Below are positions 48,652-59,045 of a stretch of DNA of 64,000 nucleotides, piece after piece (the first letter of the stretch is position 1; each line of letters begins with the position of its first letter). The notes under the pieces were generated by a model. It saw nothing but the letters and a program-made list of their open reading frames with translations. It searched no databases and was not told where the DNA came from. The stretch is from positions 190,006-254,005 of the forward strand of contig CP070751.1 of the NCBI GenBank assembly GCA_020348445.1, written 5' to 3'. Source of the DNA: Thermoplasmata archaeon. GTDB lineage: Archaea; Thermoplasmatota; Thermoplasmata; GCA-020350865. A program made the translations under genes and the position numbers.

Positions 48652-49595
48652 TAGATTACACCGCCATCAAAATCCGGAATGAGCAGCAATCCCAGCAGGG
48701 CCATTCTAACCATAACACCATTTTTCGCCTGTTTGAAGTACACTGCATGTTGAGTAGAATCCACTTCAAATGCAATCTCATCCACCCTCGGCAACGGATG
48801 CATCACGATGAGATTTTCCTTAGCATTTTTCAATAGGGCTTTGTCCACCTTATATAATCCTGCCACTTTGAGATATTCTTCATCATCAGGAAACCGCTCT
48901 TTTTGTATCCTGGTCACGTAAAGAACATCTGCATCCGAAATCGTTTCGTATAGTGATTCGTTCAGTGCTGGAGTTTTACCCATTTCCTTTAGATTGTTGA
49001 TTATCTCCTGCGGCATTTGCATCAGATTCGGCGCAACAAAAGTCAGATTTGCACCAAAAAGAGCAAGGACATATGAAAGTGAGTGCACGGTCCTTCCGTA
49101 TTTCAAATCTCCCACCAGAACCACATTGATATCTTTGATCTTGCCCTTCTCGCTCTTTATCGTATACAGATCCAAAAGAGTCTGGGTCGGGTGCTGGCCT
49201 GCACCATCTCCTGCATTGATTACAGGTTTTGAAGAGAACTGCGAGGCCAATTTAGCAGCACCCTCGTTTGGGTGTCTTAAAACGATGACATCGGCGTAGG
49301 ACTCCGCCATTTTAATTGTGTCAGCCATGGTCTCGCCTTTTGAAAAGGATGTGTTGTCCGGCTCAGCAAAACCGATTGTACTTCCACCCAATCTGAGCAT
49401 GGCACTTTCAAAGGAAAGCCTCGTCCTGGTGCTGGGTTCATAGAATAGAGAAGCCAGAACCTTCCCCTCAAGAATATTGCTCTTCTTTTCGCCCTCTGCA
49501 ACGGGATGCATTTTTTTTGTGATATCGAGAATATGTTCTATTTCTTCCCCTGAAAAATCCTTTATTGAGACAACATCTCTGCCCATAAATTCCAT
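48651..49595 (-). CDS. pyrB: Aspartate carbamoyltransferase catalytic subunit
   Basis: FYEPSTRT, NAGDG..QHPTQ, GDLKYGRTVHS, RIQKER, HPLPR. Confidence 0.97.
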   Translation of the reverse strand: MEFMGRDVVSIKDFSGEEIEHILDITKKMHPVAEGEKKSNILEGKVLASLFYEPSTRTRLSFESAMLRLGGSTIGFAEPDNTSFSKGETMADTIKMAESYADVIVLRHPNEGAAKLASQFSSKPVINAGDGAGQHPTQTLLDLYTIKSEKGKIKDINVVLVGDLKYGRTVHSLSYVLALFGANLTFVAPNLMQMPQEIINNLKEMGKTPALNESLYETISDADVLYVTRIQKERFPDDEEYLKVAGLYKVDKALLKNAKENLIVMHPLPRVDEIAFEVDSTQHAVYFKQAKNGVMVRMALLGLLLIPDFDGGVI

Positions 49596-49726
49596 GCTAC
49601 CCCCTCTGTAAGGGATTATAGTGTATAAAGATTTATTCTTTGTGGAAATTTAAACCATGGTTACTTCTTCGTCCCATCCATATTATTGGGCGGGCGGAGG
49701 GGGGACATGGATGGTGGGTTTAAGAA

Positions 49727-49879
49727 TTAAAAAATTCCAAGTGCCCAGAGTATAAATACGATACCACCCACCACAATCAATATCACACTAATGATTTGGG
49801 CGGTGAGAAGCCAAGTGTAGAGCTTAACCCTCTTTTCTGGGGAATTTGTCAAATCCTCGAGAAACTTGTCCCTGGGCAT
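49727..49879 (-). CDS. 50-aa membrane microprotein (not in ORF track)
   Basis: GGTG RBS then ATG. Translates as MPRDKFLEDLTNSPEKRVKLYTWLLTAQIISVILIVVGGIVFILWALGIF*. Confidence 0.7.
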   Translation of the reverse strand: MPRDKFLEDLTNSPEKRVKLYTWLLTAQIISVILIVVGGIVFILWALGIF

Positions 49880-50008
49880 ATATTGCACCGTCATTTAGCC
49901 TGGTATAGTTCAGGAAAACCGATTATTTTAACAAGATAAATACCTTGCGATTTGGAAGATGAGGGATTGTAATGATTACCCATTATTGACTTAGATATAG
50001 GGCATCTT

Positions 50009-53000
50009 TTACTCTTCTTTTGTTTCTTCCTCGATATTCTCTGAAGGCGAGGGGCCCTCTTCTTCCTCCAAATTCTCTGGTGTAGAGGATTCCTCTTCCC
50101 CTTCTAGCGGAGCTTCTGGTTCCTCCGGCACTCTTGGTTCTTCTGGTCCCCCTGTCTCCTCAGGTTCACCTGAGTCCTCAAATTCCTTGGTTTCTTCCAG
50201 TTCTTCTGGTGTCTCTGGTTCTTTTGACTCCCCTGTCTCCTCAGGTTCACCTGATTCCTCAAATCCCTTGCCTTCTTCTAGGTCTTCTGGTGTCCCTGGT
50301 TCTTCTGGCTCCCCTGGTTCCTCAAGTTCACCCGATTCCTCAAATTCCTTAGGTTCTTCCAGCTCTTCAGATGTCTCTGGCTCCTCTGACTCCTCCAGTT
50401 CTTCAAATTCCTCAGCCTCTTTAGGCTCCTCTTCCTCTGTGATTGCCGCTTCTCCGGGTGGTGGAGGTAATTCCCTCTTCTCTTCGTGAGGGCCCGCTTC
50501 TTCTTCTGGTTTCTTACGTCTCGTCAACAACAACAAAACTACCAAGACGATTATAATTACGAGGACAATCAGTAATATCGTAAAATCGAATTCTTCCTCT
50601 TCAGATTTTTTCGATTTTGCAGAATCAAATGGAAAATCATCTTCCTCATCAGGAACTCCATCATTATCGTCGTCGGGATCTGTGGAGTCTGGAATGAAGT
50701 CACCATCGTTGTCTGGTGGTTTCGATCCTGAATCAAGTGGATCTGTACCCTCAGAATTTTCTACGGTGTCGTTGTAACCGTCATTGTCGTCATCAGGATC
50801 CTCAGAGTCCGGGATGCCGTCGGAATCAGTATCCAAGGGAGGTATCTCTAAAGGAACTGTCGTAAAGGTTAGGACATATTCTGATTCCATGGGATTTCCA
50901 ATTATATCGGTAACATCCTTGTCCATCGTCAACGTATAGGTTGTATTCCGCTCTAGATTGTTGGTTGCAAAGGACAAGGACAATACAGTGCCCTCTGCAT
51001 TCCACTGGTATGTGAACTCCGCTGTGGGGGATATTTCCACATAATCAGTGGCATTGAATTTAACCATGGGCTCGCTGAAGGTGATGGAAATTGTGGAATC
51101 GATTTCCACCTCAGTTGACTGGTTCGTGGGTGTTGTGGAAACAACATAGGGATGTGTAGCGTCCACAGTGATTTCAAACCAAATTCTCGCCTCGTTTCCC
51201 ACCTCGTCCTCTGCCTCAACAAAGACTGTATAATGCCCGTCATCCCAATCTGAAGTATCGATATCATACGGGTCCTCAAGATCAGTATATGTGACTCCAT
51301 CCTTCGAGAATTCCACTGATTCCGTGTCTAATGAAAGCACACTGATTTGAATGATTGTCCCTTGGAGGATTGTAGAATGATTGAGGGCAGGGTCCACTGA
51401 AATATCAGGAGGCGTGGTGTCCAATGTGAAGAAAAATGATTGGCTGCTTGGATTTCCTGCCTCATCTATCGCATTAATTAGAATCGTATAGCCTCCATCA
51501 AGCCAGCCAACAGTTGATATATCGAATGGATCCGAAAATGACTGGGCCGTCTCTCCATTTATGGAGTAATTGGCATGTAATAAGTTGGACTCAATTATAG
51601 AGAAGTTCAAATTCGTTCCAGCATGGATTACCGAGTTGTGGGGAGGTGAGTTCAGCTGAATTACGGGATCTGTGGAATCTATTGTAAAGAAATACCACTG
51701 GATCTCCACATTTCCTGCCAAATCTGTGGCTTTGATCAGAACTTCGTGGTCTCCGCTTGACCATCCTGAGGTGGATAACTCAAAGGGATCTGCGATTGGA
51801 AATTCTGTTCCGCCATCAAGGGAATAATTAACCTGCATCAGATTCAGATCCTCTATTGAAAAGTCCAATGTAGTTCCAGGAGCTATCACAGAATTATTTA
51901 GTGGGGAATCCAAAGAGATGGTGGGCTTATAAGAATCGATTTTAAAGGTGAACAAAGAGGAATTTGAATTACCAACAGAATCAACACAGTTGATTTGAAC
52001 TGTGTTCTCCCCCTCCATCCATCCTGCGGTGGAAATGTTGAATGGATCGGTAAGCGGTATTGCTGGCCCTCCATTTAACGAGTAATTTGCCCAACCAAAG
52101 TATGGATCAGAGAACGAAAAGTCCAAAACTGTCCCATTTAGAATGTACGAACCGTTACCGGGAGTGTTCAAAATTATCTCAGGTCCTGAGCTGTCCAAGG
52201 TGAATGTATACGAGCTCGTGTTTAGATTGCCTACAATGTCCAATGCTTTGATTAAAATTGTATAATCACCATCATCCCACCCTGAGGTGGTGATATCGAA
52301 GGGGTCGGTAAACGGAACATCTGTGGCTCCATTTATGGAGTAATTAATCTGTGCCAAATTATCATCCGTGACTGTAAAGTTCAATATAGTTCCTTGGACA
52401 ATGACAGAATTGTTATCTGGAGAGTTCAAGATTATCTTTGGAAGTGTTGAATCGATTGTGAAGTTGAACCAGGAAGATTTGAGATTTCCTGCCCAATCCA
52501 AGGCATTGATCTGGACAATATAATTATTGTCAAGCCATCCTGTCGTGGAAATATCGAAACCTGGGAAAAGTGGAGTTTCAGGCCCTCCATTTACCGAATA
52601 ATTCACCTGCATTAGGTTCGTATCTTCAACATAAAAGTCAAGAATGGTTCCACTCTGAATTATCGAGTTGTTGGACGGAGAATTCAACTGAATTGTCGGC
52701 AGAATTGTATCAATTGTAAAGGAGTACCAAGAAATATTCAAATGGCCTGCTAAATCAATTGCTTTTATAAGTATTGTATAATCACCATCACTCCATCCAG
52801 TCGTGGGAATATCAAATGGAGTGGAAAACGGAATCTCTGGCCCTACGTTTATGGTGTAATTGACATGATCGAGGTTGTTGTCGGTGATTGAGAAATTTAA
52901 AACAAGCCCATCACGGAAAACTGAATTGTTGCTTGGAGAATTTAAAATAATTAGTGGCGGTATTGAGTCCACAGTAAAGTAAAATGTTCTCTCTGCATAA

Positions 53001-56000
53001 TTATTATTGATATCCTTTGCCTGGACTGTAACCACGTGCAATCCGTCTGACCAGCTGGAAACAGATATATCAAATGGATCTAGAAAGAGCAGGTTAGGGC
53101 CACCATTCAATGAATAATTTGCATAATCAAAATCCCAATCTGTTATCTTGAAATCAAGAATGTCGCTTGGTGTGATAACGGAATTATTTGCAGGGGATAT
53201 CAGCCAGATTAGAGGCGGGATTAGATCTTTTAGGTCCATGAGAGGATAGTTGTCCAATGAATCTAAATCGACCCAATACTCGGTATCTCCAATACCATCA
53301 GGAGGAGGTACATCCTGTGTAGGAGTGGAATTGAAGTCGAAACCTGTGTAGTCGCTCCAGAAGTTCCCTCCTGCGGGATAACCATTATCCCATTGATTAC
53401 CATTGTTGCTATCATCGAAAGCCTGATTTGTATTATCTATGATGTTATTGTGGTAAACCAGGTTGTTTGAGGATCCTGCAAGAGATATCCCGTACATTGT
53501 GTTTGAGGATACGGTGTTGTTGGTTATGTTATTGTTCTGGGAGGCATACAGATACATCCCATGCCTGTTGTTTGAAGCCACATTGCTTGTGACATCATTT
53601 CCTGATGAGAAACCCATTAATATACCAACAGTACCATCAGTCAGGTCCTGATACTCTATAATCACGTTCGTGCAGTTGCCCAAAATCACCTCACCACCGT
53701 CTGAAGGGACCGTACCGCTAATCTGGTCCTTCCAGTAGTATACTGGCTTACCGTTCACTGTATTCGGAGTATCGATATCGTGTGTATTCCAATGTTCTAC
53801 GAGATCACCCTCGATCCAAATTCCGTTCTGAACCAAAGGATTTGAGATCAGATTATTCCCAGTGGAGTAGCCGAGATGTATACCAGATATGTTGTTGTAC
53901 GATGCAGGATTGGCAAACAGGGTATTTCCATTAGATCGATATAGGTAGATGCCATACCAATTATTCGAAGATGCATCGTTACCTAGAATGTCGTTGTTAT
54001 TTGAAAATCCCAACTCAATTCCCACGGTACCGTAGGTAGGTTCGGTAATCGAGACTTCCACATTCATGCAATTGGCAAGTATAACCTCCCCTGCATCAGA
54101 AGGGACTATGCCACTTGTCTGGTCCTTCCAATAGTATACTGGCTTGCCATTTACTGTATTATTGGTATCGATGGTGTGGGTGTTCCAGTGGTTAATATCC
54201 CCTTGTTCAATGAATATTCCGTCCCGAATCATTGTATTTGCGGTGATGTTAATGTTTAATGAGAGGTAAAGAAAGATACCACAATCATTATAGGAAGCGT
54301 TATTGCCATCAAGGATGATCTGACTGGATCCGTCGAGATTGATGCCGTACCTGTTGTACGAAACGTTGTTACTTGTCAAATTGTTATCACTAGAACTCCA
54401 CACATATATGCCATCACCAATATTTTCCATTATATTGTTGTTTGTGAGATTATTATCATTTGAAGTGCGCAGATAGATGCCGTCATCCTCGTTCATATAC
54501 GCGGCGTTGTCAGTGAGATTATTATTGTTGGCATCCCTAAGATATATACCATCTCCCAAGTTATAGGAGGCATTGTTATCGATGAGATCGTTCTCATGGG
54601 AGGATCTGAGATATATACCACTTGCCGCATTGTTCCATACAGTATTATTGATCAAGTCATTGTTATCAGAAAATTGGAGATAGAATCCATTTCCTGTTCC
54701 CCATCCAAAACCACTTCGGGTCATGGATGCAACATTATCAGTGACTGTGCAGGTGCTGACATCCCTCAGATAGAGGCCCAATGTGGTGTTTGAAGCGATG
54801 TTGTTTGTGACATCATAATCACTGATATCTCTTAAATATAGGCCCATTCCGCTGTCTGAGGCATTGTTGCCTTCAATGGTGCCATCACTGCAATATCTTA
54901 GATAAATACCGCGCTCGGCGTTTAAGGTGACGATGTTTCCAGTAATATTATTCCAGTCTGAAATATAGGCATAAAAGCCATATACCCCATTTAATGCGTC
55001 CACCTGCGAGATCGTGGTATTAAATGAATATCCAAGCTCCACTCCAACAGAAGCATTGGACAAATCTTGGTCAATAATCTGGATGTCTGTGCAATTCACA
55101 AGAAGGACCTGCCCTGCGCCTGCGGGTATCGATCCCCCCACTTGATTTACCCAGTAATAAATGGGTTTTGTATTTGCCGTATTGGAGGTGTTGATGTAAT
55201 GGCTAGCCCACTCTCCAAGGAAATTCCCGAAGATAAATACACCGTTATTTACCATAGAATTGAAAGTTAAGTTATTTGCGTTCGAGCTAGAAAGATAGAT
55301 ACCAAAGTAATTGTCTGAAATGATATTTCCTGTGAGGATGTTCATATCAGATTCCAAAACATCGATACCGTAATCATTATCAGTAATATTGTTGCTGTCA
55401 ACAGTATTTTCACCGGATTGATAAACTAAAATACCGTCAGCACTACCACCCATACCGCCTCCATGATGGTTAAATATAGTGTTGTCTATGATATTGTTTC
55501 GGAATGAGCCTTGAACATGAATGCCCTCATCAACGTTGCCCTCAATAAGGTTGCTCTCAATGGTGCTATCAACGGTATTGATAACACGTATACCGTCTCT
55601 ACCATTACCGGTAACATAATTGTCTACCACAGAACAGTTATCTACATTCGAAAGTACTATACCTCCATTACTCATACCCCCACCCCCACCGGTGACAGTA
55701 AATCCTGTCATGTTCACCCAATCTGCAGTAATTGTGACGACATCACCACTTCCGCTCCCATCGATTATCGTGCTATTCTTGTCCTCTCCAGTGAGATTTA
55801 AGGTCCTATCCACGACTATATTCTCAAAATATGTTCCATTGTAAACAAAGACTGTGCTCCCAGGACTGGCCGCATTTATCGCATCCTGTATAGTTGTGTA
55901 GTTTTCTGCTGGATTTCCAGGCCCTGAGCCGGGAACATCGTCAACATAGATCGTTGTGCCTCTCACAGGTGATGTGATCTCGACCATAAAGAAAACAATG

Positions 56001-56053
56001 CTCATTAGGATCACAAAACTTAATAAAAACGCCCTAACTTTCATAAGAACCAC
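50009..56053 (-). CDS. 2014-aa cell-surface protein: NosD/CASH beta-helix, 8 Ig-like repeats, SbsA-like Ig, TSP3-type Ca repeats, TM, acidic tail
   Basis: Signal peptide, Asn-rich beta-helix repeats, eight ~86-aa PxIxLxSPxNNS...DPFDIxTxGW...GN repeats, DxDxDGIPD repeats, TM, E/P-rich tail. Confidence 0.9.
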   Translation of the reverse strand: MVLMKVRAFLLSFVILMSIVFFMVEITSPVRGTTIYVDDVPGSGPGNPAENYTTIQDAINAASPGSTVFVYNGTYFENIVVDRTLNLTGEDKNSTIIDGSGSGDVVTITADWVNMTGFTVTGGGGGMSNGGIVLSNVDNCSVVDNYVTGNGRDGIRVINTVDSTIESNLIEGNVDEGIHVQGSFRNNIIDNTIFNHHGGGMGGSADGILVYQSGENTVDSNNITDNDYGIDVLESDMNILTGNIISDNYFGIYLSSSNANNLTFNSMVNNGVFIFGNFLGEWASHYINTSNTANTKPIYYWVNQVGGSIPAGAGQVLLVNCTDIQIIDQDLSNASVGVELGYSFNTTISQVDALNGVYGFYAYISDWNNITGNIVTLNAERGIYLRYCSDGTIEGNNASDSGMGLYLRDISDYDVTNNIASNTTLGLYLRDVSTCTVTDNVASMTRSGFGWGTGNGFYLQFSDNNDLINNTVWNNAASGIYLRSSHENDLIDNNASYNLGDGIYLRDANNNNLTDNAAYMNEDDGIYLRTSNDNNLTNNNIMENIGDGIYVWSSSDNNLTSNNVSYNRYGINLDGSSQIILDGNNASYNDCGIFLYLSLNINITANTMIRDGIFIEQGDINHWNTHTIDTNNTVNGKPVYYWKDQTSGIVPSDAGEVILANCMNVEVSITEPTYGTVGIELGFSNNNDILGNDASSNNWYGIYLYRSNGNTLFANPASYNNISGIHLGYSTGNNLISNPLVQNGIWIEGDLVEHWNTHDIDTPNTVNGKPVYYWKDQISGTVPSDGGEVILGNCTNVIIEYQDLTDGTVGILMGFSSGNDVTSNVASNNRHGMYLYASQNNNITNNTVSSNTMYGISLAGSSNNLVYHNNIIDNTNQAFDDSNNGNQWDNGYPAGGNFWSDYTGFDFNSTPTQDVPPPDGIGDTEYWVDLDSLDNYPLMDLKDLIPPLIWLISPANNSVITPSDILDFKITDWDFDYANYSLNGGPNLLFLDPFDISVSSWSDGLHVVTVQAKDINNNYAERTFYFTVDSIPPLIILNSPSNNSVFRDGLVLNFSITDNNLDHVNYTINVGPEIPFSTPFDIPTTGWSDGDYTILIKAIDLAGHLNISWYSFTIDTILPTIQLNSPSNNSIIQSGTILDFYVEDTNLMQVNYSVNGGPETPLFPGFDISTTGWLDNNYIVQINALDWAGNLKSSWFNFTIDSTLPKIILNSPDNNSVIVQGTILNFTVTDDNLAQINYSINGATDVPFTDPFDITTSGWDDGDYTILIKALDIVGNLNTSSYTFTLDSSGPEIILNTPGNGSYILNGTVLDFSFSDPYFGWANYSLNGGPAIPLTDPFNISTAGWMEGENTVQINCVDSVGNSNSSLFTFKIDSYKPTISLDSPLNNSVIAPGTTLDFSIEDLNLMQVNYSLDGGTEFPIADPFELSTSGWSSGDHEVLIKATDLAGNVEIQWYFFTIDSTDPVIQLNSPPHNSVIHAGTNLNFSIIESNLLHANYSINGETAQSFSDPFDISTVGWLDGGYTILINAIDEAGNPSSQSFFFTLDTTPPDISVDPALNHSTILQGTIIQISVLSLDTESVEFSKDGVTYTDLEDPYDIDTSDWDDGHYTVFVEAEDEVGNEARIWFEITVDATHPYVVSTTPTNQSTEVEIDSTISITFSEPMVKFNATDYVEISPTAEFTYQWNAEGTVLSLSFATNNLERNTTYTLTMDKDVTDIIGNPMESEYVLTFTTVPLEIPPLDTDSDGIPDSEDPDDDNDGYNDTVENSEGTDPLDSGSKPPDNDGDFIPDSTDPDDDNDGVPDEEDDFPFDSAKSKKSEEEEFDFTILLIVLVIIIVLVVLLLLTRRKKPEEEAGPHEEKRELPPPPGEAAITEEEEPKEAEEFEELEESEEPETSEELEEPKEFEESGELEEPGEPEEPGTPEDLEEGKGFEESGEPEETGESKEPETPEELEETKEFEDSGEPEETGGPEEPRVPEEPEAPLEGEEESSTPENLEEEEGPSPSENIEEETKEE
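50130..50370 (-). repeat. 81-bp (27-aa) coding tandem repeat, about 3 copies
   Basis: CCCTGTCTCCTCAGGTTCACCTGA recurs at 50150 and 50231. The peptide unit is KxFEESGEPEETGxxxEPxxPEELEE. Boundaries are approximate. Confidence 0.75.
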
Positions 56054-56194
56054 TGGGGGGGCGTAATGTTTAGTTAGGTAAATAAACTTTGGTAAGATTT
56101 TTTGAAAACCCAGTCATTGTACCAATTATATCTTTCTATAGCATATCGCCCCAAGTTGTGCTCTATCCACATACGCCAAAAATGTATAAAATCC

Positions 56195-56857
56195 TTAAGC
56201 AGCAGCCTCGGCTTCCTCCGCAGCCTCCATTATGGCCTTTATCCTCTTTCGTCTGAAGAAGTCCTCTCTCTCCCTCTCCTGCAGCTGCATCTCGATGTAC
56301 TTCTCTGTGGCTTTAAGCCTGGGAATGAAAATATGTTCCAGGGCATTGACTCTTCGCTTTGTCTTTTCTATCTCGATTGCCAGGCGCTCGATTGTACCCT
56401 CTACTTCCGCGAGTCTTAAAATATCGATTAAGAGTTTTCGGAATTTCTCGCATGCCTCGTCCAACTTCGCGCTGGTGTCTATATACCCATAAAGTGGCTC
56501 CCCTGTCCGCGAGGGAATGGCGTCGTATTCAACCTTGGGGACATGAACCCCCATGATGTTCACAGTTCTCATGGGCACTTTCCCTAATTCCGGAATCGAA
56601 CCCGTAGCATCCCCAACCTTGTCCTGGCCCATGATCATCTGGGCCTCCATCAAGGCTGTGTAGGACCTCTTAAGGTCGGAATTGGCCTTCTCCCTCAAGG
56701 TGTTTCTGTCCTTTATAATATCGAAGAACTGAACCACAAGGGCGTCCCTCTTCTCGCTTAAAAGTTTGTGTCCTTTCTCGGCGAGCTTCTTCCTTTTCCT
56801 TACTGAGAGAAGTTCCATGCGGGTGGGATTAATACCTTCAATTATCTCCTCTACCAT
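56195..56857 (-). CDS. atpD: A/V-type ATP synthase subunit D
   Basis: INPTRMELL, KGHKLLSEKRDAL, NIMGVHVP, IEKTKRRVNALEH..IP. Confidence 0.93.
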   Translation of the reverse strand: MVEEIIEGINPTRMELLSVRKRKKLAEKGHKLLSEKRDALVVQFFDIIKDRNTLREKANSDLKRSYTALMEAQMIMGQDKVGDATGSIPELGKVPMRTVNIMGVHVPKVEYDAIPSRTGEPLYGYIDTSAKLDEACEKFRKLLIDILRLAEVEGTIERLAIEIEKTKRRVNALEHIFIPRLKATEKYIEMQLQEREREDFFRRKRIKAIMEAAEEAEAAA

Positions 56858-57041
56858 TGTAATCACACGCTTGGACAGGTTTGGATGTGATTCCCGAAAT
56901 AGCATGATTAATTAAATGCTTTTCTGTGGTTTCAGAAGAAAATTTAATCATCTTCCCTTTTCATGTAAAAAGAATAGTAAATGGGTGGAGGATAAGGAAG
57001 ATGAATTGACCTGAACTGATGGGGGTAGTGGCATTGTGTAT

Positions 57042-58085
57042 TCAATTGATCTTATATCTTAAAATCGCACCGATTCCTCCCAGTGCCTCGAGTTTTTTTC
57101 CTGCATCTTGCATTTCGTTGATAATCACGATTTCTGATTTCTTCTCTGATGCGAGGTTGAGCAGCTCGTTCACCTTCTTCTCCCTTACCAGTTTATCGGT
57201 GACCAACAATGTGGATACGGCTCCTGCTATTAGTGCACTTTCGACCTCGTTTTGGCCATAGGCGTAGTTGCCGTTCTTTGATATCTCTTTTAATAGCTCC
57301 TCTATCATGTTGGTTTCATATGCAACCCTTGTGTTGTGAAGGATCTTGGGTGCAAGTCCCTCCTTGAGGATCTCTTGAATCCCTGTCATACCCACATGAC
57401 CTGTCCCTTGAAGTGTGCTATTTGAAAAAAGCTCTGGATTTATGTTTTTACCGTAATTAAAAAACTCCTCTTTGGCAAACCCAGGCCCCAGAATAATAAG
57501 TGGTTTTGGGTCCATTAAAAGACCTTCCAGTTTACCAAGAACCTCCCGATAGAACCTCGTCTTGGCTTCTTTGCTTCTTTTGTATCGTTTGCCTGATTCT
57601 CCAGTGGTTATATGGGCCATCTCTTGAACACCCGATTGTCGAAGAATGGCAAAATGTGCTTCATCATAATCTATGCTTAGAAATAGGACCAAAGGCTGTT
57701 TCGTGGCAGATTGGGCTTCCGCCAAACGTTTAAGATGATGATCGCTCCACGTCTCTTTTATTATACTGATTTTATCCCCCTCTTTCAGATTCAGCGTGTG
57801 ATAGGACCCGATATCCTGGGGGCCTTCATTTATAATGCCATGAACCCTCAATCGATCCGCGAACTCATGAAATTCTATTTCTTCCACCAATATCCCCAGC
57901 CGCATGGGTTTTTTCTTTCCCCTCTCGGGCCTGAGCTTGTCTGTCTTCTTCTCCTCCCGCCGGTGGGTCATTGCCCAAACCAAATCGCCTTTTTCGAGCA
58001 TGTTAAATAAATGCCACAGATCATCCATGGACTCAATTAGCAATTTTATCTCGGTTCCCTTTTTATCTTTGTAAAGGACCTTCAA
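57042..58085 (-). CDS. pelA: Pelota (mRNA surveillance / ribosome rescue factor)
   Basis: ESMDDLWHL, LRVHG, GSYHTL, GPGFAK, AYG..EV, LGGIGAILRY. Confidence 0.95.
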   Translation of the reverse strand: MKVLYKDKKGTEIKLLIESMDDLWHLFNMLEKGDLVWAMTHRREEKKTDKLRPERGKKKPMRLGILVEEIEFHEFADRLRVHGIINEGPQDIGSYHTLNLKEGDKISIIKETWSDHHLKRLAEAQSATKQPLVLFLSIDYDEAHFAILRQSGVQEMAHITTGESGKRYKRSKEAKTRFYREVLGKLEGLLMDPKPLIILGPGFAKEEFFNYGKNINPELFSNSTLQGTGHVGMTGIQEILKEGLAPKILHNTRVAYETNMIEELLKEISKNGNYAYGQNEVESALIAGAVSTLLVTDKLVREKKVNELLNLASEKKSEIVIINEMQDAGKKLEALGGIGAILRYKIN

Positions 58086-58282
58086 TTCTCTCCCTCAGGG
58101 TATACTCAAATCTTATTTCGCCTTATAATGAACCAATATAAATAAGTTTATCGTGACTGTGAATGCCTTCAATTACTGTTTGAATTATGTTCCGAACCTA
58201 AAGTGGGATTCTCCAATAAAAAATTATATATAAATTCATTTCCATTAGGGTTATACATCTTATTCATAGGGATGGGATTATA

Positions 58283-58516
58283 ATGTGTAGGTACAGCTAC
58301 GGTAATGGCAGATGTGCAAACATCGACGTTGATGTGAATTTTTGTGTGGGCGAGAAGAACTGCAATCTATCTGATATACTGAGAAGTAGAGCCTTTCGAG
58401 GACAGCCCCAGGATAATATTTGGCGCCCCATACCATCAAATGTGTGGTCCGACAAAATGCTATTAGGCAGCAAAAAAACGAAGGCTAATTACAAAATTGG
58501 CACGGAATTTAAATGA
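58283..58516 (+). CDS. Small Cys-rich protein
   Basis: C-x8-C-x9-C-x5-C module. ATGA overlap with the next ORF. Confidence 0.6.
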   Translation: MCRYSYGNGRCANIDVDVNFCVGEKNCNLSDILRSRAFRGQPQDNIWRPIPSNVWSDKMLLGSKKTKANYKIGTEFK

Positions 58517-58749
58517 TCTGCAAGTACGATGATGGAAATGGGTGGTGTACCTCAAAATTCGAGGGATTTGGATGTATAAAGGAAAGATGTGAGATTTACG
58601 CCCCTAAAAACGATGAAGGGAATGAATGTTCTGGTATTGCAGGGCAAGGCATCTACTGCAGAAAGTACAATCGCTTCTTTTGCGCCGGAAAGGAAAATTG
58701 CACAAACCAAAATAAATATAATAGAAAGCTAAAAATGAACTTTTACTGA
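58513..58749 (+). CDS. Small Cys-rich protein (two 4-Cys modules)
   Basis: C-x8-C-x8-C-x4-C and C-x9-C-x7-C-x5-C. Similar to the upstream ORF. Confidence 0.7.
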   Translation: MICKYDDGNGWCTSKFEGFGCIKERCEIYAPKNDEGNECSGIAGQGIYCRKYNRFFCAGKENCTNQNKYNRKLKMNFY

Positions 58750-59045
58750 GAGAGATGGGACATGAAAATAAACCTTGGAAAATGGGAGTACGATCTCAGT
58801 CTAAAAGGTGCGAAGCTCGTGAGTTACAATATCTATGCTAATTCATGGGTTCGGATCATAAGATAGACCTTAACATGAAATATTTGGATCTGGATCCCCA
58901 AAATAACATGGGACATTGGGTATAAGTCAATTTAAGAAGGGATTAAGGGGAAATCACCAAAGAAAATTGGAAATTGAATGCAATACAAATCCGAGAAAGT
59001 ATTAACGGAAATTATTGAATTTTAAAAGCTGAATGCCACCAATTT

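Noticed and set aside
58762-58866. 34-aa ORF MKINLGKWEYDLSLKGAKLVSYNIYANSWVRIIR
   Set aside because: Weak RBS and no motif; cannot be supported without homologues.
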